Shown here: piece after piece, positions 40,514 through 54,533 of the stretch | Layout: the number at the start of each line of letters is the position of its first letter | Position numbering within the stretch: position 1 is the stretch's first letter | Source: Psammoneis japonica | Lineage: Eukaryota | DNA length: 64,000 nt | Direction of reading: 5' to 3' | Assembly (NCBI GenBank): GCA_008632985.1 | Contig: QPGO01000002.1 | Coordinates: forward strand, 1-64,000 | Made by a program: the position numbers and the translations under genes | Notes under the pieces: generated by a model | What the model was told of the DNA's origin: nothing | Databases searched by the model: none | What the model saw: the letters and a program-made list of their open reading frames with translations, nothing else

Positions 40514-41728
40514 GACGCATTCCAGGTCTAGGTGGGACCTCGCACTGCTGAACTGTGACATCGACAGTTTTTTGAATCACGTTGCATGTCGCGCACGTAG
40601 ATTTCTACATGATTTTTTCGACATTTTGTGTCATTTTACGGCACACTTGCTGAGCGATCCGTCCAACAACTTTTGACATTTTTTGTCACAGCGCGATTCT
40701 ATAATGTCTTAGAGCATCTTCGCCAGTGAGTCGCAAACATGAACATGAACATGGGGACACAACCTAAAAGGACAAGCGAACAGACTGCCCCGCATGAGTT
40801 TGTGATTCTGCACGTGACCATCATTTTCAGTCGATCACAATCGCACTCACATTCAGCCGATGGTTGGGCAGACGTTGAGGTGACAACCAACTGCATGCAC
40901 GTGTGTCAATGACCAACTGATGGCAGGACGGACTTGTTGAATTTTACATGACGCCATGGCGGCTTTGAGCGCAGTGTGCGACACAAATCACCGTCTGTTC
41001 AAAGACATGTCGACGTCTGTCAATAGAGAACAATTCACATCACATGTCTGTGTGTTGCCATGTTGTGAAAGTCATTCTACATCGCGAAAACAAGCAAAAT
41101 GTTGTCGCACGATGCATGCCTTGTTCTCTTCTGACCCCATGAACCCCCCACATGTTGGTTCTCCTCCCATGTCTCGATGCGGCTGCATGCAAGTTCATAA
41201 GATGCGACAAAGTCTCAATTGCTGGGCCTCTGTAAGGTCCTCTCATCAAGAAAGCGTCGATTGTCGTTTCGTCATGGTGACACGCACTTTCCACAGGATT
41301 TCCACACCCTTTTTGCACCAGAAATTTACGATTTTCGTTCACGATTTTGGAGGTGGATCGCATCCAAGGCCTGATTTGCGAATCACTTTCATGAATCGTA
41401 AATTCGAAAAGGGTTGTCAGTGCAAAAAATGTGTTTGCGATCCACCGAAAATGATGATTTTTTGTGAATCTCATTCACATCGGAAGACGTGCGGACACAG
41501 GTTCATGTTTGCGACTTGCTGGCGAAGATGCTCTTAAGAATTGCGCAGGGCAGGCGCATTTGCAAAAACGTCAAGTGGCAAGAGGCACAATTGCACCACA
41601 AACTTGGCAGTTTGTTTGATGTTGAAGACAAATGTGTCCATTGATTAAATTCTCATGCAACGGAGCTCGCACGCAGAATTCTGCGGGCCCAATGTCACAC
41701 GGAGTCCAACCTGGGACTGGAACCCGTC
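40514..41728 (+). mobile_element. Family A element inserted in the LINE
   Basis: TSD TCCA (40510-40513, 41729-41732). Confidence 0.92.
40712..41533. mobile_element. PIF/Harbinger (Tourist-like) MITE nested in family A
   Basis: 33-bp TIR GAGCATCTTCGCCAG(TG/CA)AGTCGCAAACATGAAC; intact 3-bp TSD TTA. Confidence 0.92.
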
Positions 41729-44700
41729 TCCACTGGGTTCAACCCAGACACTTCACTGACAAGAGACCGTTTGCCTTCCAAGGTGTGTTGATCAATCGAC
41801 TGGCCATTTGGGAGAGCAATGTCCAAAACAGTTGAGACATTGAGGTGCAATCTGCAATGGTTTGCCCACCTGACCTCGCGATCTGTAAAAATTCTGGAGT
41901 CCAAAACAATGTCCACAATGTGCTGATTGTTGTCTCTCTGCAGCAGGAGGACGCCAGTGTTGTCAAAGTCGATGTGGGCGTTCACTCTTGTGAGAAATGA
42001 CCACACAGATGTGAGCCATTTGGACTCGGCGTGAGGTGGTTTTGAAGTCACGTCATGGAGGAAACTTGCGCCCGTGCCCAAATGAAATTGAACCCAAGAG
42101 ACGGCAACTTGAGACACAGCCTGTGGTTGCCCTGATCCGCGCCAGTGTCGTAAAAACTGCAACACTTGGGCTGCACCTTGCTCCACATCTAGAGAACAAA
42201 ATCCTCCTCCACCAAGGGAGCATGGCCCAAACAAAATGTTGCGCTTTGTGCTCCGATTGCATCCGCATTTTGCGACTGTGACACGCACTGCCTTTCGTTG
42301 AATTTCCAGAAGTTTCTTTGGAAGCAAGCGTGCATTTGGAAGAACGCAGGTCATGGAGGACAAGTGGCATGCGAAGCAATGGGTCCAAGCTTCATGTCGG
42401 TCCAGTGGGCAAGATCGGAGAAACATGGCAATGTCATCGCTTTTCTTCTTGAGCGCCAAATGTTGCGTCTTCTGGCCACCAACGAGAGCTTTGTAAGTGC
42501 CCAGAGTCTTGTGGGAAGAACATGCAGACAGCTGTTTGCTCATTGACTCGTGGTCCTGTCAGCAGATGAAATCTCGATCATGAGTTTGTCATTGCAAGGC
42601 CTGAGACAAAGCTCGCCATCATCTTCAAACATCCATTCAACGGCGTGAAATGAACATCCAAGCAATTCCAGTTTGTGCCCTGCGGCGTTCAAGAGGTCAC
42701 ACCACAATTGATTGTCCTCTTGCATTTTGAAAGCAAGTTCAAGCACACAAGGCTGAGGAGATGCGCAAAAATCGTTGACCTGTTTGGACGTGTTGTCCAC
42801 GCAGCCTTGGCCAAACATTCAAATGGACGTTGTTCTGTCAGGGTTTTCAAAGAACACGCCATGAGCACAACGATCAAAGACATCAAAGAGACTGTTGCAG
42901 ATTTGACTCCAACCAAATGACGATCTGCCGTTGCCTTGCCCCGTCCCAAGAATGGGCAACTCTTCAGAGTGGGAGCAGGATGTTGGAGATGATCCGAGAA
43001 CCATTTTCAACCAGCAGCAAGCTTCGTGAAGCGCAGTGTTGGCGACTTGGGTGACTTTCTTAGGCGTGCCATTGCCGCGGTTCTGGACAGCGACCAAAGC
43101 GGGAATGTTCCTGTCAAAACAAGATGCACAATCATCGTCGCTGTCAATGGCTGACTTGCGAGACACTCGACTGGTCTCGAGCACAAGTTCCTTGAGATGA
43201 ACTGGAGCATGGGCATTGAGAAAGGGACAAGTGCAGCAAATGCCGGGATTGCACAACCTTCGATGTTCCATGTTTTGAGCTGGAGCTCTCCACTTTACAC
43301 CGGCAACAAGTTGAAAGCCAGCTGCGCAGATGTGAATGATGCGCAGGCGGTGAATCTTGTTGTTGCCGGGTTCTTTGAAAATCATCATGTTGACTGTGTC
43401 CTTCCAGTGGTCGAAAGAGTGACCCCGTTGCAATGCACAATTGAGAAGGTTGAGGCAAATTTGGGTCAGAGTTTGTTGGATGTCATCCAAAGCAGTGCGG
43501 TCTGAGTCTTCTTCATGGTCCAAAACAGGGGCATCCGAAAATTGATGAGGTGCACACATGGCCTTCCAATGTCCCAAATGTGAGCCCAAATGCAGGGACA
43601 TGGAGGTAGACTCCTTCCAACTTTTGATTTTGCCCTCTAACTCTGCCTCGGTCAACTGGCCCGACATTGAAACAGGAGATCGACGTTTCAAATGTGCGAT
43701 CAATTGAGCTGCAGCCTCGTTGAGAGACAAAGTGTCGCAGTCACCGTCCAACACAAGTTCCACCATGACAGCATCACCGGTGATTCCAAGGTCCACGGAC
43801 AAAGGGGGCAGGGTCGGAGGAGCACCTTGAGCTTGTCCAAAATGTTTCTGATTCCTCACCCAAAGAGCGGCAGCAACGTCTTCTGGTGCATCGAGAGTCA
43901 TCCAGCCATTGCATTCTTTTGGGTGTGTGTTTGGGTTTCTAGGAACTTGAACGATGTTGATGCTGGCATCGCGTTCCGCCTCACATGATTTGATCTTCTT
44001 GAACAGACGCACCATTTCTTGTGCTTTTTGAACGTTGCGAAGAAGCACAGCTTGCTTTCGGGACTGTTTGGTTCCTTCCAAGTCAAGTGCGGCAATTTTT
44101 GTCAACATTTCTCTCTCCCGATGCACGACGCCATCCGCTGCCAGCCTTTTACAATCTGATTGAGCTTCCCACAGAGCTGCCAAACATTCTTGGAAGGTCT
44201 TGGGAATGACAAACGAACCTTTGAGTTCATGCCGAATCCATTGAATCTGAGACACATGATCGATTTTGGTGCGCATCATTGAAACAACTCTGGAGAAAAT
44301 GCAAACACGATGGCGAAGGTCCGACAGCTCCACCGACCAGTCAGGTTCCTGATGTCGTCTACAATGTTTGGCCGCGGACAAGGAGAACTGTAAAATGTCA
44401 CAATCTGGTCTCTCTGCCAGTTCATGGTTGGGTTCGTTAAGTGCCAAAAGCCATGCAGACCTTTCCAACACGGAACGGCTTTCTAACACAGGACCAACAG
44501 ATTTCAAACAAGCCACAACTTGAGGTTTCGATGATGCTTGAACATCTCGGAAGCATGCTCCAGGTAGATCAACCGTGGGGTTCCCAGACAATGCAATCGC
44601 ATCACAATCTACACAACATGCTCTGTGGTCAGAAGTGACTTGACACCCGAAGGCTTCACACCGTCCCAGTCTGATGGCTGACAATGCTCCTGGTGAAGCA

Positions 44701-47700
44701 AGGACGAAATCGAGGTGTTTGGATCCACGGGTGTAAGTGGAAAAATTGGCATCACCAATGAGATTGAAGAACGCGTCGGACAAAATGAATCGTTGTGCTG
44801 GGCTTGCCAAAGAATCAGTGTCGAATTCGAAATCCACGCTGAAATCACCAAACAAAATAACTTCTCGGTTGGAGTTGGTCATGAAGTCTTGAAGAATGTG
44901 GGACAAATTCGTACAAAAGGCTTTCCGAGGGTCTGCAACTGTTGGAGGAGACATTGTTGTTGAGCAAACGCGGTGGTTTTTCCTGGTTGTTGTTGGTTCT
45001 TGGCGCACACTCTGTGGCATGAAACAAACAGAACTTGTCTTCCATTGCGGCCGTCAAATGCTTGAACAGACCATCGCCCGAGAGGATCAGAATGTTGGGA
45101 TTGGCACCTCGCCGACACAGAGTTGCAAGAAAACAGAGCAGTTCTGCCTGGCTTGTGCTGTGCAGAGAAGGGTGTGGAGCTGGTGGAGAACGTTCCTCTG
45201 CCGTGTGACAGAGAATTGGAGACCGCAGACCTGCACGCTGACAGAATGTCGAATTGTGTTGCATCCAAACACACTTCGGATGCACCAACAATGTCGGCTT
45301 GGATTTCGTTGGCCACTTGGCAGAACTTGTTTATGTTGCCACCTCGCTTGTCAAACTTGCATCCATTGGCATTGAAGGCACACAATCGTGTGTGGTGTGG
45401 CAGCTTGGGATGGAGGCTGTCACCTGTGGGTTTGTTGGTTTTCAAGCGTGAGAAGCCGATGCATCAATCAGCCGGCGGTTGGCAACTTCGTCCATCTTAA
45501 AGAGATTGCCACGCAGAAACGGTGGAGGTGGAAGGGTTTCTGCTCATGATTGGGCCATGCTCCTCCAAAGAGAAGACTGGGGCTCAAAGCAAGGAAGCAG
45601 AGTGAAGTCATGTTGAAAAGAGAAAGGCCAAAACTTGCCAGTGCATCGGAATGCTCGAGCGAGGGACAGAGGAGATGTGCGCTGATGAATGTCGGGAGGG
45701 CGCCCAATGGTTTGTGGAGATGGAGGCGGCAAGATCCATCTCCACGCTAAAAATCCGAGTCTTTTCCATCGTTGCTGTGGTCTGGAGTCTGATTTTGGTT
45801 TTGTCACTTCCTCGCAGGACCAGCTGAAGAAGCAGATTGAGACGCTTGGAGCAACTGAATGATCTCGTTCATCTGATCTTGCGCGCCTGATAATTTCTCC
45901 GAATGTTGTGATTGCACATTGTGCACTTCGGTGGCATGTTCGTCACGCAGGTCACAAAGAGCCTTCTTGTGGTGGGACTGCATTCGAGTCATTGTTTGTT
46001 GAACCTCGGCCAATTGAATGGAAGCAATCGGCCAATTGAATGGAAGCAACCTGAAAATAAGATGCCTGCAGAGACGCAGTGCCGGGACATCCAGCGCAAC
46101 CACAATTCGGGGCATGAGATGATGGTGGGTTCGTGAATGTCTGAGGAGGAATGGGGCGGGCTGTCGACTCACCGCAACCAGAAAGAGCGGAGCGATCAAT
46201 GCCTCTGCCAGACAAAGAGTTGGGTGGACGGGAGGTGCGGGGAGCATCAATGTTGGTCAGAGGAGACACATCTGAAAAGGTGAGGGACTCCAAGCTGCGG
46301 ATGCCAGCGGACATGATGGATTTGCTGGCATCTGAGGTGTCGTCAAAAACTCCAGAAATCTGCGGCAGATTTTCAAAAGGAGGAGTCGGGCATGCTTCTT
46401 TTGGAAGATTTGGAGTTTCATTCAGAACACACGTTGAAATTTCAGCTCGAGCCTTTTTGAATTGAGTGCGGTGGACCAGGATGTTGTGTCTGCCAGCAGA
46501 CAGTGCGGAAGGAGAAGGAAAAATGTTGATCACGCCCTGGATTGCTTTGATGTGATTCTCCAATGACAGCACAATGAAGGCATTGTTGTGCGTTGAGCTT
46601 GTGTTTTGACTGCGTTGCAAAAGGCAAGAGGAGACACGCATCGAGTTTTTGCCATGAGGATGTGAGTTGGAAGCTTGTCGGATGCATGTGACAAAGTTTT
46701 GGCTGCGGTGCGGCAGTCTTCTTGTTGAACTTCAACCAAAAAGGTCACCGCACGAATTGGCGCCGATGTTCTGTTGTCATCTGACCAAACGGAAGTGGGG
46801 GCCAAGCGAAACTTTGGCATTTTGGTTTTCAAATCCCCAAGATCCTTGACAAACAACTTCGTTGCAGCATCAATGGGAGCATGTTTTGACGCAGCGGCAC
46901 ATGCTGGACTTGCCGTGTCAACAACAGATTTGCTCCAATGACGACGCTTCAAACCCACATTGTTTGCCTCCAAAACACTTTGAATGTTGGGGTGTGAACG
47001 AATGTCTCGTAGATGTGCTTTCGCAAGAATGCGGTGACACAAACGATGAGTGACTGGACGACTCTCGCCACCACAAGTTGTCAAAATCTGGAAGTGGCAT
47101 TCGTGCAGGAGGGTGAAACCCACTCGGCAACGTTGACATTTGCAATTCTGGTGTCATTGTTGTCCAAAACAGAGCTTCGTTGTGGAACGTAAATGGGATC
47201 TGACTGAGAACTTGGAGATGAGAGGTGACGAGGGCCATTGACTTGCAAGTCGCTTCTGGACCACGAGTGTCAAAACGAACAGTTGTCTCTTCAAACTGTC
47301 GTTCTTTCTGTTTGGATGAAGGTTTGAGGGATGCTTGGTCAACAGCAATGTCGTCGGCAATGGTCGCATCTTTGTTTGCATCAGCGGCATTGCTGCCGGC
47401 AGCAGCGGAAGACGACGCCATGGTGATTGGTGTTTCTGCGGCGAGCCTGGTGTTGAAAACAAGCAGGTAAATTCAACACCAATGAACGCAGCAAAGTGGC
47501 AAACACCAAATTCAGTTTCTCACTGTGTGAATTTAAGACATGCTGACATTCAAACAGCAGCCAACATTGCAAAATCTTCTTCAGGTCAACATGACATGAT
47601 CATGAGATGCAACTCAATGTCCAGTCTTCAAGTCATGTTGGACTGCGCAAATGAAGAAATCAAATGGGAAGAAGCAATTGTGCCATGCATGAAGAATGTT

Positions 47701-48081
47701 GGCACACTCTTCGATGCCGATGTTTTCCAGCTGGAGGCTTGCCATGTGTGTCTGCACTTTGGTCATTCGTGTTTCTGCAGGCCGCTGCAATGTTTGAGCA
47801 AATTTAATGTGAATGACCAAAAGACACCACAGGAAAACCTCTTCAGCAATTGACACTTTGGATTGTGATGAAGGCAATGGGATGTCTGTTGAACACACAT
47901 GTTCAAACACACAGCATGAAACCAAGAGATGCACAGATTCATTTCTTGACAAAATCTCACGTGCACATGTGAGAAACTTGACATGGTCATTGTGCCAACA
48001 AAGCGCTGCAATTCTTTGCAGGTTTTGCAAGTTGCAATTGCGTGAATTGCTTCCACTTTTTTTGGAGTGGGACTGATGCCA

Positions 48082-51000
48082 TGGCAAATGGAGGATGGTG
48101 GATGGTGGACGGCGGATGGTGGATGGCGGATGGCAGATGGTGGATGGCAGATGGCGGATGGTGGATGGTGGATGGCGGATGGTGGATGGCGAATGGTGGA
48201 TGGTGGATGGCAGATGCTGGATGGTGGATGGTGGATGGTGGATGGTGGATGGCGGATGGTGGATGGCAGATGGCGGATGTCAGATGCAAGATGCCAGATG
48301 CCAGATGGCGGATGGTGGATGGTGGATGGCGGATGGCGGGTGCTGAATGGTGGATGGTGAATGGTGGGTGGTGGATGGCAAATGGTGGATGGCGAATGGT
48401 GGATGGCAGATGCTGGATGGTGGATGGTGGATGGCAGGTGCTGGATGGTGGATGGTGGATGGTGGATGGTGGATGCCGGATGGCAGATGGTGAATGGTGG
48501 ATGGCGAATGGCAAATTGTGGATGGCAGATGCTGGATGGTGGACAGTGGACAGCGGACAGCAAATGCTGAATGGTGGATGGTGGATGGTGGACGGAGGAT
48601 GGAGGATGGCAGATGGCGGATGGCGGATGGCGGATGGCGGATGGTGGATGGTGGATGTTGGATGGCGGATGGCGGATGGCGGATGGTGGATGGTGGATGG
48701 TGGATGGCGGATGACAGATGGTGAGTGGTGGATGACGAGTTGTGAATTGTGGATGGCAGATGCTGGATGGCAAATGATGAATGGTGGACGGCAGATGCTG
48801 GATGGTGGATGGTGGATGGTGGATGGCGGATGGCGGATGCTGAGTGGTGGGCGGCAGATGGCGGATGGCGGATGGTGGATGGAGAATGGTGGGTGGCAGA
48901 TGGCAGATGGCGGATGGTGGATGGCGAATGCTGAATGGTGGATGGTGGATGGCGGATGGTGGATGGCGGGTGGCGGACAGCGGATGGTGGATGGAGAATG
49001 GTCGATGCTGGATGGTGGATGGTGGATGGTGGATGGCAAATGCTGAATGGTGGATGGTTTGTGGTGAGTGGCGATTGGTGGATGGTGGATGGTGGATGGC
49101 GGATGGTGGATGGCAGATGGCAGATGGTTGATGGTGGATGGCAAGTGACGAATGGCGGATGGTGGACGTCAGATGCTGGATGGTGAACGGTGGATGACGA
49201 ATGGTGAATGGTTGATGGCAGATGCTGGATGGTGGATGGCGGATGGTGGGTGCTGAATGGTGGATGGTGGATGGCGGATGGCGGATGGCGGATGGCGGAT
49301 GGCGGATGGCGGATGCTGGGTGGTGGATGGCGAATGGTGGATGGCGAGTGGCGAATGATGGATGGCAGATGGTGGATGGTGGATGGTGAGTGGCGAATGG
49401 CAAATGGTGAATGGCGAATGGCAAATGGCGGATGGTGGAAGGCAGGTGCTGGATGGTGAACGGTTGATGACAAATGCCGAATGGTGGATGGCAGATGCTG
49501 GATGGTGGGTGTCGGATGGCGGGTGCTGAATGGTGGATGGTGGATGGTGGATGGTGGATGGTGGATGGCGGGTGGCGGATGGTGGATGGTGGATGGCGGA
49601 TGGCAGATGGCGGATGGCGGATGGCAGATGGCGGATGGCAGATGGCGAATGGCGAATGGCGGATGGTGGATGGCAGATGCTGGATGGTGAACGGTGGATG
49701 ACGAATGGTGAATGGTTGATGGCAGATGCTGGATGGTGGATGGTGGATGGTGGATGCTGAATGGTGGATGGCGGATGGCGGATGGCGGATGGCGGATGCT
49801 GAATGGTGGGTGGCGAATGGTGGATGGCGAATGGCGAATGATGGGTGGCAGATGGTGGATGGTGGATGGTGGATGGTGAGTGGCGAATGGCAAATGGTGA
49901 ATGGCGAATGGCAAACGGCGGATGGTGGAAGGCAGATGCTGGATGGTGAACGGTTGACGACAAATGCCGAATGGTGGGTGGCAGATGCTGGATGGTGGAT
50001 GTCGGATGGCGGGTGCTGAATGGTGGATGGTGGATGGTGGATGGCGGATGGCGGGTGGCGGATGGTGAACGGTGAACGGTGGATGGTGGATGGTGGATGG
50101 TGGATGGTGGATGGTGGATGGTGGATGGCGGATGGCAGATGGCGGATGGCAGATGGCGAATGGCGAATGGCGAATGGCGGATGGTGGATGGCAGATGCTG
50201 GATGGTGAACGGTGGATGACGAATGGTGAATGGTTGATGGCAGATGCTGGATGGTGGATGGCGGATGGTGGATGCTGAATGGTGGATGGTGGATGGCGGA
50301 TGGCGGATGGCGGATGGTGGATGGCGGATGGCGGATGGCGGATGGCGGATGGCGGATGGTGAATGGTGGATGGTGATGGTGGATGGCGAATGGTGGATGG
50401 CGAATGGTGGATGGCGAATGGTGGATGGCGAATGGTGGATGGCGAATGGTGGATGGCGAATGGCGAATGATGGATGGCAGATGGTGGATGGTGGATGGTG
50501 GATGGTGAGTGGCGAATGGCAAATGGTGAATGGCGAGTGGCAAATGGCAGATGGTGGAAGGCAGATGCTGGATGGTGAGCGGTTGATGACAAATGCCGAA
50601 TGGTGGATGGCAGATGCTGGATGGTGGATGTCGGATGGCGGGTGCTGAGTGGTGGATGGTGGATGGTGGATGGCGGATGGCGGATGGTGGATGGCGGATG
50701 GCGGATGGCGGATGGCGGATGGCGGATGGTGAATGGTGGATGGTGAATGGTGGATGGCGAATGGTGGATGGCGAATGGTGGATGGCGAATGGTGGATGGC
50801 GAATGGTGGATGGCGAATGGTGGATGGCGAATGGTGGATGGCGAATGGTGGATGGCGAATGGTGGATGGCGAATGGTGGATGGCGAATGGCGAATGATGG
50901 ATGGCAGATGGTGGATGGTGGATGGTGGATGGTGAGTGGCGAATGGCAAATGGTGAATGGCGAGTGGCAAATGGCGGATGGTGGAAGGCAGATGCTGGAT

Positions 51001-51287
51001 GGTGAGCGGTTGATGACAAATGCCGAATGGTGGATGGCAGATGCTGGATGGTGGATGTCGGATGGCGGGTGCTGAGTGGTGGATGGTGGATGGTGGATGG
51101 CGGATGGCGGGTGGCGGATGGTGAACGGTGGATGGCGGATGGCGGATGGCGGATGGCGGATGGCGGGTGGCAGATGGCGAATGGCGAATGGCAGATGGTG
51201 GATGGCAGATGCTGGATGGTGAATGGTGGATGGCAAATGGTGAATGGCGGATGGCAGATGATGGATGCTGGATGCCAGATGGTGGAT
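48082..51287 (+). repeat. 3.2-kb (GGATGGY/GAATGGY)n array with higher-order repeats
   Basis: Marker GGAAGGCAGATGCTGG..GACAAATGCCGAATGG recurs at ~49437, 49927, 50556 and 50982 (also ~36281). Confidence 0.95.
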
Positions 51288-52208
51288 TTAAATGGTTTTT
51301 TGTGGGGCACTCAAATCCTCATGGGCCGCGTTCCAGGTCTGGGTGGGACCTCGTGCTGCTGAACTGTGACATCCACAGTTTTTTGAATCTCGTCGCATGT
51401 CGCGCGCGCAGATTTCTGCGCGATTTTTTCGACATCATGTGTCATTTTACGGCACACTCATTGAGCGATCCGTCCAACAACTTTTGACATTTTTTGTTGC
51501 AGCACGATTCTACAATGCACTGAGAATTGCGTGGGGCAGGCGAGTTTGCAAAAACACCAAGTGGCAAGAGGCGCAATTGCACCACAAACTTGGCCGTTCA
51601 TTTGACATTGAAGATGAACACATCCACCGGTTAAATTCTCGCACCATGGAGCTCGCACGTGGAATTCGGCGGGCCCAATGTTGCGCGGAGTCCCACCCGG
51701 GGCTGGAACGTCAGTGGATTTGTGCTGAGATTTTTTCGCAGGTGGAAACCCTGCCAAGTGACATCGCAGAAAGACGTGTTTGGGCAACACCCAAATGACG
51801 GCAATGTTTTTGCCGAAAATCATCCATTGTGTTGCGAGTCTTTTGGCACAATGAAGGGCACAGACAGCACAACAACAACGACACTGCAACACTCACACGA
51901 GTCTTGTCAGCGTTGCAAAACATTTTCACTTGCACAAATCCACACTTTTGGCGGTGAAAGTTCGATCGCAAGTTGGGGGCCGCGCAAAAATCGCGCAAAT
52001 GCCATTTTTGTGCACGACTTGGTTCACGTGCGGCTGGAACACGTCTTTTGTTTGCCCTGCAGGACAATTTTTTGGGAGTGTTTTCTGGCTCTGCGGCTTG
52101 AAGCAACACGCAAAACAGCACGGACAATGGCGTTTCACCAAATTGAAAAGTGCGGTTGTCTCTGAGGTCAGAATCTGGACACTCTCAATGGAGTTTGGTG
52201 CGTCACAT

Positions 52209-52272
52209 CATTTTCGCATTTTCGCATTTTCGCATTTTCGCATTTTCGCATTTTCGCATTTTTGCATTTTTG
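52209..52272 (+). repeat. (CATTTTCG)n octamer microsatellite, ~8 units
   Basis: Direct inspection; about one unit at paralogous ~57231. Confidence 0.9.
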
Positions 52273-52310
52273 CGCGGTCTTTAAATCGAGAACAATCTCG
52301 CCACATGTTG

Positions 52311-52860
52311 CAGGGGGGCACTGAAGGGACACAGCCCACTGGCAGGGCGCTGATCAAGCAAGATTTGTGGCGCAAGTGTTTGGCACTGGGGGCACCTTTG
52401 AGATTTTGTGGCCTCAGCCATGCCCCGCAATTCTTGGTTTTGTGCCCTTGACCTTTTTGTGCCCTTGGCTGTTTTGTGCCCTTTCCTTTTTTGTGCCCTT
52501 GAGCACTTTGCCCCATCTCGTGGTTTTGTGCCCTTGGCCATTTTGCGCCCTTTGTGACTTTGTGTCCTTGGCCATTTTGTGCCTTTTTTGGCTTTGGGCC
52601 CTCAGCCGCATTTGGCGCCCCTCAAGGTTTTGTGCCTTCAGCGGTTTTTGTCCATTGTGGCTTTGTGCCCTTTGCCACCTTGGGCCCTTTCTGATTTTTT
52701 GCCCTTGGCAGCTTTGTGCCCTCAGCCACCATTTTGCACCCTCAGTCATTTTGCGACCTCAGCAACTTTGTGCCCCTGCCTGGTTTGTGCTCTTTGTGAT
52801 TTCTCGCCCTCAACAGACATTTTTTGTCCTTTTTGATTTTGTGCCCTTGGCCATTTTGCT
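52311..52860 (+). repeat. Cluster of degenerate TTTGTGCCCT motifs, probable transposon subterminal repeats (copy 57277-57825)
   Basis: Many short direct motifs following CAGGGGGGCAC; no partner end found. Confidence 0.55.
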
Positions 52861-54533
52861 GGTCACGACAGAGCTGCAGAACAACAAGAACCTGCCTGAT
52901 GAAGAGCGCGGGGCAAAGGAGACAAAGTGCGCGAGACGCCTGGAGCACTTCATGGCAGGGAACTCCAAGAACGGAGATGCGGAAGGGAGCACACCCAGGA
53001 AACGCAAGAGGGAGGATTTTTGCAGGAAGATTGTGGCAGAGCGTGGCAGGAAAGTGGGGGAGGGGGGCAGTGGGTTGGGGGACGAGGAAAGCCACGTCGG
53101 GGGTTGGACCCAGACACATGAGCTGGAGCCAACACCTGTTTGGCAGACAATGTGTGAAAAGTGGCAGTCACCTTTGTTGCAAATGATGTTGCAGGCACAA
53201 CCCCAATTGAGTGACTGCACTCCACATTGCCAGCCGGAGAGCAGCAGGGGATGGGCGCGACACAAGTGGCACTTTGGGAAGCCAGTCAACTGATCTGTTG
53301 TCAGCCAGTTGTCGAATGTGTTTGAGTGGGTGCGCCGGAGTTTTTGGCCTGCTCACTTTCTATGTGGCCTGGTGCAACCCAAATCTGTGTGGACTCAGCA
53401 CGCTTTGCCCTGCAGAGCAGTTTTTGGGAGTGTTCTCTGGCTCGCGGCTCAATGCCAAGTTGAAAAATGCGATTGTCTCTGAGGTTGGAACCTGGATGCT
53501 CTCAACAGAGTTCGGTTCGTTGCGTCATCTTGTGCGAGATGAGCTCGAGAGTGCCCAGGTTCACATGGGCAGATTGTGGTGAAAATTCTTGCTGCAGGTT
53601 CACATTGACAACGTCGCTTCTGTTGCTCCACGACCAACCTCTTGCACTGCCATTCATGCTGTGTGTTTTGTCGAGGCTTCATGTGTTTGCAGCAGGTTCA
53701 ACTTGCGTGCAATTTCTCTTTCTGCGCTGCTCTTTTGTTCTGTGGGTCTCTGTTGTCATGAGGCACCCCAGAGACACTTTTTCTTGTCAAGAATGTCATC
53801 TCTAAAGTGCGGTGGCCATGGCAATTCAATGACAAAGCCAAGTCACAGACACAGCATCAGGAAGAGTTCAAGACAAACACGGCGACTTGGAGCCATGACA
53901 TCTTGAGCTGGGTGAGCTCTCGAGAGCTCAGACACATCATCGTGCAGTTTTGACAACATTTCTCCCCCACTGTCCATGGCGATGCTGAGTTTGATTTGGC
54001 AGACCAGTGCATCATGGTGGCTCCAAAGGCAAAGATTGCTTCTTTTGGCTGTGGGGCAGTTTGCAACCTGGGAACATGTGGCTTGTTTGCACAAAAATGC
54101 GCGAGATGCCTGGAGCACTTCATGACAGGGAACTCCAAGAACGGAGATGCGGAAGGGAGTGCACCCAGGAAATGCAAGAGGGAGGATTTTTGCAGGAAGA
54201 TTGTGGCAGAGCGTGACAGGAAAGTGGAGGAGGGGGGCAGTGGGTTGGGGGATGAGGAAAGCCGCGTGGCGGGTTGCGCCGAGACGCACGAGCTGGAGCC
54301 AAAACCTGCTTGGCGGACAATGTGTGAAAAGTGGCAGCCACGTTTGTTGCAAATGACGTTGCAGACACAATCTAAATTGAGCAACTGCATTCCACAGTGC
54401 CAGCTGGAGAGCAGCTGGGGAAGGGCACAACACAAGCGGTGCTTTGGGAAACCAGTCAACCGATCTGTTGTCAGTCAGTTGTTGAACGTGTTTGAGTGGG
54501 TCCGCCGGAGTTTTTGGCCCGTTAACTTTCCAC

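Larger units (their letters stand above)
38331..47984 (-). mobile_element. Near full-length non-LTR retrotransposon: ORF1, APE, RT, RNase H, zinc knuckle (clade not determined; Ambal-like architecture)
   Basis: ORF1 remnants 47421-45804; APE AFNANG, GASE, LFGDF, LDFVL, TSDHRA; RT HRLRIIHI, DCASCFDR, GTGQG, GCVDN; RNase H SDGS, AEA, HWVKGHQD, NARAD; CxxC..H..C. It interrupts a gypsy RT exactly. Confidence 0.9.

Noticed and set aside
40712..41533. TG versus CA mismatch in the Harbinger TIR as proof of a TA origin
   Set aside because: Equally explained by ancestral CG, so not used as evidence.
47763..51310. Very long His/Pro/Ser- or Trp/Met/Gly-rich ORFs (also 13066-14560, 35081-37117)
   Set aside because: Translations of stop-poor heptamer arrays, open in several frames.
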